A DNA stretch of 64,000 nucleotides. It comes from Acidilobaceae archaeon (GTDB taxonomy: Archaea > Thermoproteota > Thermoprotei_A > Sulfolobales > Acidilobaceae). The notes beneath the pieces are model-generated. The model was not told where the DNA came from. It saw only the letters and a program-made list of their open reading frames with translations, and made no database searches. The translations under genes were made by a program, and so were the position numbers. Of this stretch, positions 49,676 through 59,611 are shown one piece after another. Location: positions 928,001 to 992,000 of the forward strand of contig JAWAWX010000001.1 in NCBI GenBank assembly GCA_038897215.1. Reading direction: 5' to 3'. The number at the start of each line of letters is the position of its first letter. Position 1 is the stretch's first letter.

Positions 49676-50143
49676 CTACCGCTTCTCTTCCTCTACTCTC
49701 TCTCCTAGCATGTTTTTCAGATAGTATTCTAGAACGCTGTCTTTCCTGACTCCCTCGAGCTTCTCTATCGTCACGCCATTAGAGTCTACTCTAGCTATGA
49801 GGATAGTGGGGCTTGCTTTGACCTCGTACTTTCTGAAGGTCTCTGCTGCGGCTTGAGAAGAGCACGTGGAGGCAAACCAGTCGCAGAGAACTATTACGAA
49901 AACGATCTTAGCGTTGCCTCCATACTTAAGCAAGATCTTCAAGACGTGCTGGTCTTGAGCTCTACAAGCTGGGCATAGAGTGTTATCGAAGTATACGAAG
50001 TAGACTCCCTCTCCTAGCTCGCCTAGACTGAAAGGCTCTCCCTGAGACCTGAGGAGAACCCACTTCTTCGACTCGTTTTGAAACACGTAGATTCCGTTGG
50101 GTGTGCCTACAGTAGGCATCTCTATGGTCAATGTTAGCCTCAC
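49676..50143 (-). CDS. Thioredoxin-fold protein
   Basis: CPAC, SPT cis-Pro loop, additional Cys pair. Confidence 0.75.
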   Translation of the reverse strand: MRLTLTIEMPTVGTPNGIYVFQNESKKWVLLRSQGEPFSLGELGEGVYFVYFDNTLCPACRAQDQHVLKILLKYGGNAKIVFVIVLCDWFASTCSSQAAAETFRKYEVKASPTILIARVDSNGVTIEKLEGVRKDSVLEYYLKNMLGERVEEEKR

Positions 50144-51861
50144 CCCTCACCAGATATCGCTCTCGGTCTCTTCTTCTCAGCTCTGGCTCTCGCTTCCTCG
50201 ATTAGCGAGCCGATGTTCTTCAAGAAGTCTGGAGGCAGTTTTGTAAAGAGGCGCTCCACATCTCTAGCCTCAATTCTCTGCGGTCTCCGAGGTAGCTCCT
50301 CGTCTAGAGTCTTAGACCATATGTTATCAGTGAAGCCCAGCATCTTCCAGAGCTTTTCTGCAGTACTGGGCATGAAGGGCGCTATGAGTAGAGCTAGATT
50401 CTTGGCTACGAATGCTGAAGCGTAGATCGCTGAAAGCGCCTCCTCTCTCCTCGAGGAGAGAAGGCTCCAGGGTGCTCGCTCGTTGAGGAACCTGTTACCA
50501 GCTCGGGCTAGCTCTAGGATCTTGTCTGTAGCAGCCTTGTACTTGATTTCGTCGAGGAGCTCTACGGCTTCTAGAGCTAGCCTTAGAGAGTTCTCTACGA
50601 ACTCCTCATCAGGCTCTTCTAACCTCTCGGGTTTCTCGACAGCACCCCCTACTCTCTCTATTAGAGCTAAGACTCTGTTGACGAAGTTCCCTATGTCGTC
50701 GTTAAGCTCGCTATTCACTATCCTGTAGAACTCAGCCCACGTGAAGTTCTGGTCTCTAGCCTCAGGTCTGAGGCGTGCTAGAACCCATCTCCAGTACTCG
50801 CCGGGAGCTATCTCTAGAGCCTCATCTACCCAGACCCCGACTCTCCTGCTCTTACTGAAGTGCTGCCCCTCGTAGAGCAGGTACTCTGTAGCGCTAATCC
50901 TCCAGGGGAGATTGTAGGGCTCTCCGCTAGCGAGGAAGAGTGCTGGGAGTATTATCGAGTGGAAGGGTATGTTGTCCTTGCCTATGAAGTAGACTGTTCT
51001 CGCTCCTCCCCCCATCCACCACTTCTTCCACTCGTCTGGAGAAGCTCCCGGCTGTCTCTCAAAGTACTCTATGGTGGCGCTGACGTAGCCGAGGAGAGCG
51101 TCGAACCAGACGTATATCGTCTTTCCTTGAGCTCCAGGGAAGGGAGCCTCTATGCCCCAAGCTAGGTCTCTCGTCACGCTTCTAGGCTTGAGGCCGAGCG
51201 AAACCCAGTTTAGGCTGTACTCGCGGACATTGTCTTGAAGCTCTCTATTCGACTCAAGCCATTCGAGAAGCTGGTCTCTGACCTTAGCCAGGTCTAGGAA
51301 CCAGTGCTTAGACGCCCTATAGACTGGCTTCGAGCCGCAGACGCTACAGCGGGGGTTTATCAGGAGAGTTGGGTGGAGTAGCTTGCCGCACTCATCGCAC
51401 TGGTCTCCTCTAGCTCTAGGGTTGCCGCAGTAAGGGCAGGTCCCCTCGACGAATCTATCTGGGAGAAACATCTCGTCTCTCTCACAGTATGGGAGGACTT
51501 CCTCCTGCTCTACGATGTAGCCTCTCTCGTAGAGCTTGCTGAAGAACTCTCTAACGAATCTCTTGTGGGTATCACTCTCCGTCCTCGAGTAGTTGCTGAA
51601 CTCTATCCCCAGCTTCTTGAAGAGCTCTAGGTCGTACTCGTGAACAGCGTCTGTAAGCTCTTTAGGAGCAATACCCCTCCTCCTAGCCTCTAGCTCTATC
51701 GGAGTGCCGTGCTCGTCGCTCCCAGTTACGTAGATCACCTGGTGCCCTCTGAGTCTGAGGTATCTAGCGTAGATGTCAGCACTGATCAAGTGTATCACTG
51801 TGCCTAGGTGCGGAACGTAGTTCACGTAGGGCCAAGCAGCTGTAACTACATACCTCCCCAT
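50140..51861 (-). CDS. metG: Methionyl-tRNA synthetase (lacks C-terminal tRNA-binding domain)
   Basis: PYVN..PHLG, GSDEHG, Zn knuckles, YVWFDA, IGKDN, FSKS. Confidence 0.96.
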   Translation of the reverse strand: MGRYVVTAAWPYVNYVPHLGTVIHLISADIYARYLRLRGHQVIYVTGSDEHGTPIELEARRRGIAPKELTDAVHEYDLELFKKLGIEFSNYSRTESDTHKRFVREFFSKLYERGYIVEQEEVLPYCERDEMFLPDRFVEGTCPYCGNPRARGDQCDECGKLLHPTLLINPRCSVCGSKPVYRASKHWFLDLAKVRDQLLEWLESNRELQDNVREYSLNWVSLGLKPRSVTRDLAWGIEAPFPGAQGKTIYVWFDALLGYVSATIEYFERQPGASPDEWKKWWMGGGARTVYFIGKDNIPFHSIILPALFLASGEPYNLPWRISATEYLLYEGQHFSKSRRVGVWVDEALEIAPGEYWRWVLARLRPEARDQNFTWAEFYRIVNSELNDDIGNFVNRVLALIERVGGAVEKPERLEEPDEEFVENSLRLALEAVELLDEIKYKAATDKILELARAGNRFLNERAPWSLLSSRREEALSAIYASAFVAKNLALLIAPFMPSTAEKLWKMLGFTDNIWSKTLDEELPRRPQRIEARDVERLFTKLPPDFLKNIGSLIEEARARAEKKRPRAISGEG

Positions 51862-51921
51862 AGCTCGAACCCCCCTAGCCGAGGTCTCCCCGGTCGAGGG
51901 CTATAAGACCTAGCTTGATTC

Positions 51922-52236
51922 CTAGGAGGGAGCTTTCTGAGAAGAGTCTTGCTTCTCCTCCTCGCTATAGATCCCTGTGATCCAGGCTTCTACCCCCTCG
52001 CCGCAGGGGCCTACTAGCTTGCCTACGTAGTCTCCAGGCTGGAACTCTCTGACTTGTCTCGTGCCTCCGCAATCTATCACAGTGTAGTATCTCTTCTTGG
52101 TCTGAGCTAGCGCGGATTTGATCATGGATTGCTGTCTGCTCATGAAGAACGCTAGAGCTGCCAGGATGACGAGTGTGAGCAGTAAGATCATGGCTGTGGT
52201 TTGAGCTACATTGTCTGTCTGCATCGCTATCACCAT
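51922..52236 (-). CDS. Small membrane-anchored hypothetical protein
   Basis: N-terminal TM segment, REF.PGDYV; coupled to the upstream DUF1512-like gene. Confidence 0.65.
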   Translation of the reverse strand: MVIAMQTDNVAQTTAMILLLTLVILAALAFFMSRQQSMIKSALAQTKKRYYTVIDCGGTRQVREFQPGDYVGKLVGPCGEGVEAWITGIYSEEEKQDSSQKAPS

Positions 52237-52238
52237 TC

Positions 52239-53354
52239 TCAGATCACGCCCCCCGTGTTCCCTATTCCAGCCACGATCACTACATCGCCGGGACTGCTTT
52301 CAGACCTGATGATCTCCTTGACTCTCTCGACAGCCTTCTCTACTCCCTCGTATACCTTCTTGTTAATCGCTTGAATAGCTTCTTCTAGAGACATCTTAAC
52401 GATTACTGCTCTAAGCGGGATCCCGTGCTCGGCCGCGATGCGCTCAAACTTGATCTTCTCGGGGCCTGGGTCTCCTATAGCTGCTCCCACGCCGTCAGCA
52501 ACCAAGCCTGACTCCTCTCCCTCCAGCTTGAGAGCAGCGTCTACTGTGATCAAGAGCTTGGGTTTTACTCCCTTCTCAACGAGAGACTTCACGATCTTCT
52601 CTACAGCCGAGCCCGGTCTCCCGACCTCGGGAGCGGGGCCTCTAGCTTTGACTATGATCAGCTTCCTATCCTCGAAATCTAACTGTGTGTAGACTGTATC
52701 CACGTCTACCTCAACCCAGCTAGCGTTAGGCCCGGCTAGCTTCACTGCTACCATAGGCCCAGCCGCGTCGCCTACCGGGCGCCCCTCTATGAAGTCGTCT
52801 AGAGCTCTCCTCAGCGTAGACGCGATTTGGAGGATCTGAGAGAGCTGTAATTGTAACTGCATTATCAGAATCCAGTTGTTGGTCTTCTCTCCAAGAAGGA
52901 GGTAGTGTCTAACCAGCTTGTATATGAGGTTGAGAGCTGCAGTTATCTCAGCCGCGACCTCAGCTCTGCCTCTCACGAGAGAGTCCGCTTCAGGCATAGC
53001 CTTCTCGAACTCTTCTTTAAACCTTCTAACCCTAAGGTTTATCAAGTGCTCGAGCCTCTTGATTATATCAGTAGGCTCTATGGATACAGGCTCTATGATG
53101 AAGAACTCCTGGACTCTGTTGAGTAGAGTCTCGGGGTTTCTAGCATTGCTCTTAACCATGTAGTCTAGAGTCTTGTTTCTAGCTTCGAGAGCTAGCGAGT
53201 TCAGAATATTCATCCTACTCCTTATGTCTCTAACCCAGAGATACACTTGTAGCCGTTGATTAAAGCCCAGGATCAGCATCAGTATGAATATGATCCACAT
53301 TAGCTGGAGAAGCACCTGAACCCATGCCGCTAGAGTCTCAGACCCATTTACCAC
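52239..53354 (-). CDS. DUF1512-like protein
   Basis: PVGDAAGP, VDAALKLEGE, GIGNT. Confidence 0.75.
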   Translation of the reverse strand: MVNGSETLAAWVQVLLQLMWIIFILMLILGFNQRLQVYLWVRDIRSRMNILNSLALEARNKTLDYMVKSNARNPETLLNRVQEFFIIEPVSIEPTDIIKRLEHLINLRVRRFKEEFEKAMPEADSLVRGRAEVAAEITAALNLIYKLVRHYLLLGEKTNNWILIMQLQLQLSQILQIASTLRRALDDFIEGRPVGDAAGPMVAVKLAGPNASWVEVDVDTVYTQLDFEDRKLIIVKARGPAPEVGRPGSAVEKIVKSLVEKGVKPKLLITVDAALKLEGEESGLVADGVGAAIGDPGPEKIKFERIAAEHGIPLRAVIVKMSLEEAIQAINKKVYEGVEKAVERVKEIIRSESSPGDVVIVAGIGNTGGVI

Positions 53355-53647
53355 TAGCTACCCCGAAGATGAGAGACGAGGATAGCTCATTAATAAAGTT
53401 TTCCCCTAACCCGGCCGAAGTAGCTAGTGTCATGATGAACACCGAGAGACTCGTCGAGCAGACGGTTGCGAGCATTCTGCGGATAGCGGGAGAATTCAGA
53501 CACTCCCTAGCGACAAACCGCTACCGCCAAGACGAGTTGACTTAGAGCCCGCGAAGGTCGAGCCTTCAATGAAACTCAGTCACACAGTGGTCGATACAGG
53601 TAGCTGATTGCTAGGAGAATAGCGGGTTTCAGACGAGGAGCATATTG

Positions 53648-53726
53648 TGGTGCGGCGGCCGGGATTTGAACCCGGGACCTCCGGCTTGGCAGGCCGGCGT
53701 CCTAGTCCAGGCTAGACGACCGCCGC
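53648..53726 (-). tRNA. tRNA-Gly(GCC), CCA encoded, no intron
   Basis: GCGGCGGTCGTCTAG...CTGCCAA...GTTCAAATCCC...ACCA cloverleaf. Confidence 0.97.
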
Positions 53727-53775
53727 TCCGGCTCCGTCTCTCCTTGAGAGAGTCTTTAAGTGTTTCCCGTGCCGG

Positions 53776-55137
53776 CTAGCTTCGCGCCTGGTAGTGTCTC
53801 CTGAGGGTCTCTAGAGCTTCTGCGAGCACCTCGACTAGTCTCTCTGCCTGGCTCGGGGTGTGCGCCATTGAGGGGAGGAGGTGTGGCATCTTCTCGGTCA
53901 TGTAGAGGACTCCTTTGAGTCTCGCGTATAGGTGGAGTGCTGTGTATAGCTTCGAGTGTCTTCTCGTAGCGTAGGCTTCTCTCACGTTTCTAGGCTTCTT
54001 GGTGGTGAAGTGTATCCCGATCATGCTAGCCACGTTGGTGACCCAGCAGATCCTGTCTGCTTCCTCGCATATAGAGTCTATCTTCCTAGCTGTAGACTCC
54101 CAGAGGCTGTTGAAGCTCTCGTAGAGGTGCTTGTTGGATGCTAGATACCTGACAGTGGCCAGCCCGGCGGCGCAGGTGACGGGGTTGCCCGTGAATGTCC
54201 CCCCGTGGAAGCTCCTCCTCCTAGGGTTCGGTTCTCTGAGATGGTCTAGGAGTCTCATAACCTCCTCTCTACCACCGAAAGCCCCCGCTCCCGGCATCCC
54301 TCCCCCTATTATCTTGCCTAGAGTCACTATGTCTGCTTTGACGCCGAAGTACTCCTGAGCTCCACCCAGAGACAGCCTGAACCCCGTGATCACCTCATCG
54401 AATATCAGCAAGGCTCCGTGCTCTTCAGTTAGCCTCCTCAGTTCCTCGAGATAGCCTTTCTCAGGCTCGAGCGCTCCCCCGGCTCCGGGGACTGGCTCGA
54501 CTATCACTGCTGCTACGTCGAACTCTCTAAGCTTAGCTTCAAGAGCCTCGACGTCGTTGAAGGGGACTGTTAGAGTGTACTTGATGAAATCCTCCAGTAG
54601 CCCGAGAGACTCGGGGCCCTCGAATGGGGGCGTGACTCCAGTATGGAGAGCGTCTAAGCCCCCGTGCCAGCCTCCCTCTATCTTCACCACGTACTTGCGT
54701 CCTGTGAATGCTCTAGCTAAGCGGAGAGCGTACATGTTCGCCTCCGTGCCGCTATTAGTGAATCTCACCATCTCCAGTCCCGGCACTATCTTCGTTAATA
54801 GCTCAGCATACTCGAGAGCATAGGGGTTCTCGAAACCCAGATGAGAGCCATCCCTGAGAGCTTCCGCGACAGCCTCCACTACTAGCTCCGGAGAGTGGCC
54901 TAGTATAAGCGACCCGTGCCCCATCCAGTAGTCATCGTAGACATTGCCGTCCACATCCCAAACCCGAGAACCCTTACCTCTACTGACGAAGAGAGGATAT
55001 GGGGGAAACCATCTTATATGGTATGTGGTGCCGCCAGGAAGCACTCTTAGAGCTCTCTCATACATAACTCTACTACCTCTAGTCCTCTCGCTCACTAACG
55101 ACTCGAGCTGAGCCGTGAGGTCATCTAGCGAAGCCAT
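53776..55137 (-). CDS. Glutamate-1-semialdehyde aminomutase-like class III aminotransferase
   Basis: NSGTEA, FDEVITGFR, LGKIIGGG, GTFTGNP; true substrate uncertain. Confidence 0.85.
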   Translation of the reverse strand: MASLDDLTAQLESLVSERTRGSRVMYERALRVLPGGTTYHIRWFPPYPLFVSRGKGSRVWDVDGNVYDDYWMGHGSLILGHSPELVVEAVAEALRDGSHLGFENPYALEYAELLTKIVPGLEMVRFTNSGTEANMYALRLARAFTGRKYVVKIEGGWHGGLDALHTGVTPPFEGPESLGLLEDFIKYTLTVPFNDVEALEAKLREFDVAAVIVEPVPGAGGALEPEKGYLEELRRLTEEHGALLIFDEVITGFRLSLGGAQEYFGVKADIVTLGKIIGGGMPGAGAFGGREEVMRLLDHLREPNPRRRSFHGGTFTGNPVTCAAGLATVRYLASNKHLYESFNSLWESTARKIDSICEEADRICWVTNVASMIGIHFTTKKPRNVREAYATRRHSKLYTALHLYARLKGVLYMTEKMPHLLPSMAHTPSQAERLVEVLAEALETLRRHYQARS

Positions 55138-55346
55138 AGACCAGCCCTCTCCAGGAGCCGTCTATGATGCCTGCTAGTATTCCTAAATAGCGATATGCTG
55201 GATCGCAATGAGTAGAGAGAGCTCCAAGCACTCGACTCGCGGAGAGCAAACGTGTTCTCGAAGCTCAGAAAGAGAGTCCTAAAACTCGTAAATACCTCTA
55301 GCTTGAAGTGCAGCCTCGCTTTCAGTCTCTTCCGCTACCTCTATCC

Positions 55347-55652
55347 CTAGTATATGACTAGTATGTTTTCTTCGGGGAAGCCTAGCTCTACCAGTATCTT
55401 CTTCACTCTCTGCCTCTGATCTCCTTGAAGCTCTATCCTCCCATCTTTCGCCGTGCCGCCAACAGCTAGTCTCGATTTAAGCATTGAAGCTAGCTCTTTC
55501 AGCTTCGTTTCTCTCTCATCTATCCCCTCGATTATCGTTACCTCTTTACCAAATCTTCTCTTCTCGAGCCTAACCTTTATGATCTGCTGTTCTAGAGCTA
55601 GCTGCTCGCATATCTCGGGGGGGAGGTTACCACATACATCTAGTCCTGCCAT
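55347..55652 (-). CDS. Translation initiation factor aIF-1 (SUI1)
   Basis: [22 protein letters not shown]. Confidence 0.95.
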   Translation of the reverse strand: MAGLDVCGNLPPEICEQLALEQQIIKVRLEKRRFGKEVTIIEGIDERETKLKELASMLKSRLAVGGTAKDGRIELQGDQRQRVKKILVELGFPEENILVIY

Positions 55653-55743
55653 CTTCTATGTTCTCCCCTCGAAACGCTCGATTCTACCTATCTCGCCTAG
55701 TAGGGATATAAGCCTTACTGAGCGTCAGGACGTGGGGAGCTAG

Positions 55744-55974
55744 ATGGCGGCTAGGCGGAGAGATGAGGATTTTCTCGAGAGAGCAGAGAGCCTCTACTAC
55801 GGGATAAAAGACGTCCCAGTATACTATAGGTGTGTACAGTGCGGCTACGAGGCTGAGATACGGGAGATAACCAGGCTACCTAGCCTCATGTGCCCCAAGT
55901 GCGGGTACAGAGTATTCGTTAAGGTTAGAGCTCCTCCTCAAAGCGGACACATCAAGAAAGTTAAAGCTATCTAG
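55744..55974 (+). CDS. rpoP: RNA polymerase subunit P (Rpo12)
   Basis: YRCVQCG...CPKCGYRVFVKVR...VKAI. Confidence 0.85.
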   Translation: MAARRRDEDFLERAESLYYGIKDVPVYYRCVQCGYEAEIREITRLPSLMCPKCGYRVFVKVRAPPQSGHIKKVKAI

Positions 55975-56899
55975 GCCTTCCAGAGCTCTGGATTGACGCT
56001 ATGATAGCTTCTTGTAGAGCCTTAGCGGCTAGTATGCTCGTAACTCCCCCTACATCGAAGGGAGGAGTCACTTCCACTACATCGATTGCTATCACTCGCT
56101 CGTCAGCTATGCTAGCTATTAGTGGTAGAGCCTCTCTCGGAGTAAGCCCCGCTGGCTCCGGATTACCGACACCGGGAGCGTACGATGGGTCGAAGACATC
56201 CATATCTATGGTTATGTATATGTGCTCGCAGCCTGACAAGTGCCTCCTCACGCTAGCAACGATGTTAGCTAAACCCATAGCCTCCACGGACCTAGCGTGA
56301 GTAATGTGTATCGAGGGCTTCCCTCTAGCGAAGCTTATCTCCTCCTCGGAATAAGCTCTCACACCTACGTAAGCCACGCGGGTCTCTCCTAGTGCTTCAA
56401 GGATCCTCATGATTACACACGCGTGGCTGTATCTAACGCCCAGATAGTCGCTCCTCAAGTCTAGGTGTGAGTCGAAGACGACTAGGCAGGGCTTGTAGCC
56501 TGCTCTCTTAAGCCCTCTAGCTACACCAAAGGATACGATGTGCTCTCCGCCTATGACAGCAAGCTTCTTCCCCTCTCCGGCTAGCTCCTCGACCACGTCG
56601 GATAGCCTCTCGAGAGACTCCGAGATGTCTCCATGAGCTACCACCAAATCGCCCTCATCGTATATGAATGTAGGCTCGAGGAAGCCCTCGAAGGAGTAAG
56701 CGTTAGGCTCGATGTTGATCGAGGCTTCTCTAATAGAGAGAGGAGCGAACCTCTGGCCAGACCTATAGCTAGCCGTCGTGTCAAGCGGTACTCCGAGAAT
56801 CAGGAATACCGCTTTATCCCTATCGCTATCCACGCCTGTGAACACATAGGGTCTCTTGACTACATACAGCTCTCTGGCCGTCAAGCCGGAGCCCACCAA
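55967..56899 (-). CDS. speB: Agmatinase (ureohydrolase)
   Basis: GGEH, DSHLD, SHAC, DMDVFDP. Confidence 0.9.
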   Translation of the reverse strand: MVGSGLTARELYVVKRPYVFTGVDSDRDKAVFLILGVPLDTTASYRSGQRFAPLSIREASINIEPNAYSFEGFLEPTFIYDEGDLVVAHGDISESLERLSDVVEELAGEGKKLAVIGGEHIVSFGVARGLKRAGYKPCLVVFDSHLDLRSDYLGVRYSHACVIMRILEALGETRVAYVGVRAYSEEEISFARGKPSIHITHARSVEAMGLANIVASVRRHLSGCEHIYITIDMDVFDPSYAPGVGNPEPAGLTPREALPLIASIADERVIAIDVVEVTPPFDVGGVTSILAAKALQEAIIASIQSSGRPR

Positions 56900-56974
56900 C
56901 TAGCCCTAAGAAGAGAATGAAAAAGCTTATTATCCAAAAGCTCTTGAAGCCCTTAGGTTAAGGGAGGGAGCGTT

Positions 56975-58741
56975 TTGAGTGAGCGTGACCTATTCGAGAT
57001 AATATCGGATCTAGCTAAGAGAAGAGGGTTCTTCTGGCAATCCTTCGAGATATACGGTGGCATCTCAGGCTTCTACGACCTGGGCCCCTATGGAGTGCTA
57101 TTGAAGAATAGAATCCTAGAGAAGTGGAGAGAGTTCTTCGTCAAAAAACATCAAGACTACGTTGTTGAGATCGAGTCGCCCATAGTAGCTCCCGGTATCG
57201 TGTTCGAGGCTAGCGGGCACGTGAAGCACTTCACAGACCCGATAGTATCCTGCCTGAAGTGCGGTAGGAGGTATAGAGCAGACCACTTGATCGAAGAGGC
57301 TCTAGGAGTGAGCGTTGAGGGTCTTAGCTTAGAGGAGCTCACGAAACTCATCCGAGAGAACAACATTCGATGCCCTGTAGACGGGGGAGATCTTAGCGAA
57401 GCCAGAAGCTTCAATCTACTCTTCAAAACCACCATAGGACCCTATGAGGATAACGTGGGCTACTTGAGACCAGAGCTTGCTCAAGGCATGTTCGTAGCGT
57501 TTAAGAGAGTCTATGAGAGTATGCGTGGAAGACTTCCACTAGGGATAGCGCAGATAGGTAGAGTTATGCGGAATGAGATAAGCCCGAGGCAGGCTATGAT
57601 AAGACTGAGAGAGTTCACGATAGCTGAGATGGAGTACTTCTTCGACCCTCGGAACGAAGAAGAGAGCTGTCCCTTCTTCGAGAAGGTTAAAAGCGAGAAG
57701 CTCAAGATACTCACATACGAAGCGAAGACTCGAGGCGAGAGCCCCGCCTGGATCACCTTAGAGGATGCCGTCGAGTCTAGAGTTATAGTCAACAAGTGTC
57801 TAGCGTACTGGATGTATGTTGGGAGGATCTTCGCTGAAAGCCTAGGAATCCCCTCAGACAGCATAGTATTCGTTGAGAAGGGGCCGCATGAGAGAGCTCA
57901 CTACTCTCGACAGACATTCGATGAGATGGTGAAGGTTTCTCGCTGGGGGTGGGTCGAGATAGCCGGGCACGCCTACAGAGGCGACTACGACCTCTCAATG
58001 CATATAGCTTACAGCAAAGCCGACTTGACAGTATTCAGACCATACTCTGAGCCAAAGGTAGTGAAGACGAAGAGACTCGTCTTAGACAAGAGGATACTAG
58101 GCTCTATGTATAGAGAGAGGTTGGCGAGCGTCCTGGAGACCGCTAAGTCTCTCACTATAGAGGAGGTAGAGGAGAAGGTAAGGAGAGGAGAGGATATCGT
58201 AGTCGGAGACTTCTTGATCCCAGCGTCAGCTATACGCGTTGAGGAGGTAGAGGAGAAGATATATGGAGAAAAGCTAGTCCCCCATGTGGTAGAGCCATCC
58301 TTCGGGGTAGAGAGACTGCTATACGTGACGATGGAGTATGCTCTAAGAGAGAAGAACGGGAGGATAATACTGGCTTTCCCTAGAGACATAGCTCCAGTCC
58401 AGGCAGCAGTCTTCCCTCTACTCGAGAACGAGCCGGAGCTCTTGAGGAAAGCGAGAGAACTCTACGACATGCTCGTAGAATCCGGCTTCACTGTAATCTA
58501 TGACGACTCGGGGAGCATAGGTAGAAGGTATGCTCGAGCAGACGAGATCGGAGTGCCTGCAGCTTTCACTATAGACTTCCAGACACTAGAAGACGGCACC
58601 GTCACTATGAGAGATAGAGACACGTGGAGACAGATAAGAGTACACATGAGGAACGCGCCCGAGACTCTAGCTAGATTCCTCAAAGGAGCTAGAATCGAGG
58701 ACCTCGGCCCCCTCTACGAGAGAGAGTATAGAGAGCAGTAG
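56975..58741 (+). CDS. glyS: Glycyl-tRNA synthetase (alpha2 type)
   Basis: YLRPELAQG, RNEISPR, AHYS, EPSFG, SIGRRYARADEIG. Confidence 0.96.
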   Translation: MSERDLFEIISDLAKRRGFFWQSFEIYGGISGFYDLGPYGVLLKNRILEKWREFFVKKHQDYVVEIESPIVAPGIVFEASGHVKHFTDPIVSCLKCGRRYRADHLIEEALGVSVEGLSLEELTKLIRENNIRCPVDGGDLSEARSFNLLFKTTIGPYEDNVGYLRPELAQGMFVAFKRVYESMRGRLPLGIAQIGRVMRNEISPRQAMIRLREFTIAEMEYFFDPRNEEESCPFFEKVKSEKLKILTYEAKTRGESPAWITLEDAVESRVIVNKCLAYWMYVGRIFAESLGIPSDSIVFVEKGPHERAHYSRQTFDEMVKVSRWGWVEIAGHAYRGDYDLSMHIAYSKADLTVFRPYSEPKVVKTKRLVLDKRILGSMYRERLASVLETAKSLTIEEVEEKVRRGEDIVVGDFLIPASAIRVEEVEEKIYGEKLVPHVVEPSFGVERLLYVTMEYALREKNGRIILAFPRDIAPVQAAVFPLLENEPELLRKARELYDMLVESGFTVIYDDSGSIGRRYARADEIGVPAAFTIDFQTLEDGTVTMRDRDTWRQIRVHMRNAPETLARFLKGARIEDLGPLYEREYREQ

Positions 58742-58805
58742 CTTAGCCTATAGCCCGTTAAAACCTTAAGCTTCACTCAACCGCTATCTTGTATGAGGAT
58801 GGCTC

Positions 58806-59180
58806 GTGGTGACTGAAGGAAGAGTGGAGAAGACTGAGCCCGATAAGAGTAGGATCCGGCACATCTTGTCTCGAATACCTCCACCCTCAGCTCTCAGAGA
58901 GAGCCAGGAGAGAGCGGTGAGAGAGAGAAGGCTGAGGATAGTGTATGATAGTAGCGTCAAGCCTGGCTACGCTAAAGTCCACACTTCGCTGGCTAAATCT
59001 CTAGGAGTGGAGAGCTACCTAGAGGTCGTAGCGGCGGGAAAAGACCCTCTCGTGCTCAAAGCTATCCTAGAAGATTCGGTAGAAGAAGCTAGAGTGCACG
59101 TGAACCCCGAGGAGATGAAGACTCACGGGATAGCGGATAACAGCATTGTGACAGTGAGAGCAGCTAGAAAAGCAGGCTAG
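58806..59180 (+). CDS. Hypothetical protein, possible double-psi beta-barrel (CDC48_N-like)
   Basis: Two similar halves (AKVH..LAKSLG / VHVN..EMK..G...VTVR). Confidence 0.55.
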   Translation: MVTEGRVEKTEPDKSRIRHILSRIPPPSALRESQERAVRERRLRIVYDSSVKPGYAKVHTSLAKSLGVESYLEVVAAGKDPLVLKAILEDSVEEARVHVNPEEMKTHGIADNSIVTVRAARKAG

Positions 59181-59190
59181 GTCTTAGCCT

Positions 59191-59598
59191 ATGGGGTCTC
59201 AGATAGTTGAGAGGATAGCATTCATCCTCCTAGAGTACATAAGCGCTATAGATGACGCTAAGCTCGTACTAGCTCTAGCGCAGAGCAGTGACGAGAGAGA
59301 GGTAGAGCGTATTGAGAGCAAGATCTTGAGATTGAGAGAGCTAAGGCGGGGTCTCGGCGAAAGCATAGACTCCTTGATCGTCATGATTGGAGGAGAAGCA
59401 GAGCTAGATGAGGAGGTAGCGAGCGACCTCAGCTCTTTGCTGAACTATTATCTGATAGTGGCTTATAACGATGAGCGAGAGATTTTGGAGTATGCTTCAA
59501 GCTTCATTGATGTCAGCAGAGACCTCGAAGAACTGAGAGGGTTCAAGAACAAGATAGAGAGAGTGCTCGAGAAAGTCTCGGAGGCTCCTCGCGTTTAG
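59191..59598 (+). CDS. Hypothetical helical protein
   Basis: 135-aa ORF following 58806-59180. Confidence 0.6.
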   Translation: MGSQIVERIAFILLEYISAIDDAKLVLALAQSSDEREVERIESKILRLRELRRGLGESIDSLIVMIGGEAELDEEVASDLSSLLNYYLIVAYNDEREILEYASSFIDVSRDLEELRGFKNKIERVLEKVSEAPRV

Positions 59599-59611
59599 CG
59601 TGTGCCGCGTC

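Noticed and set aside
50140-51861. MetRS lacking its C-terminal domain, with a separate Trbp gene at 32697
   Set aside because: A known arrangement in crenarchaea; not novel.
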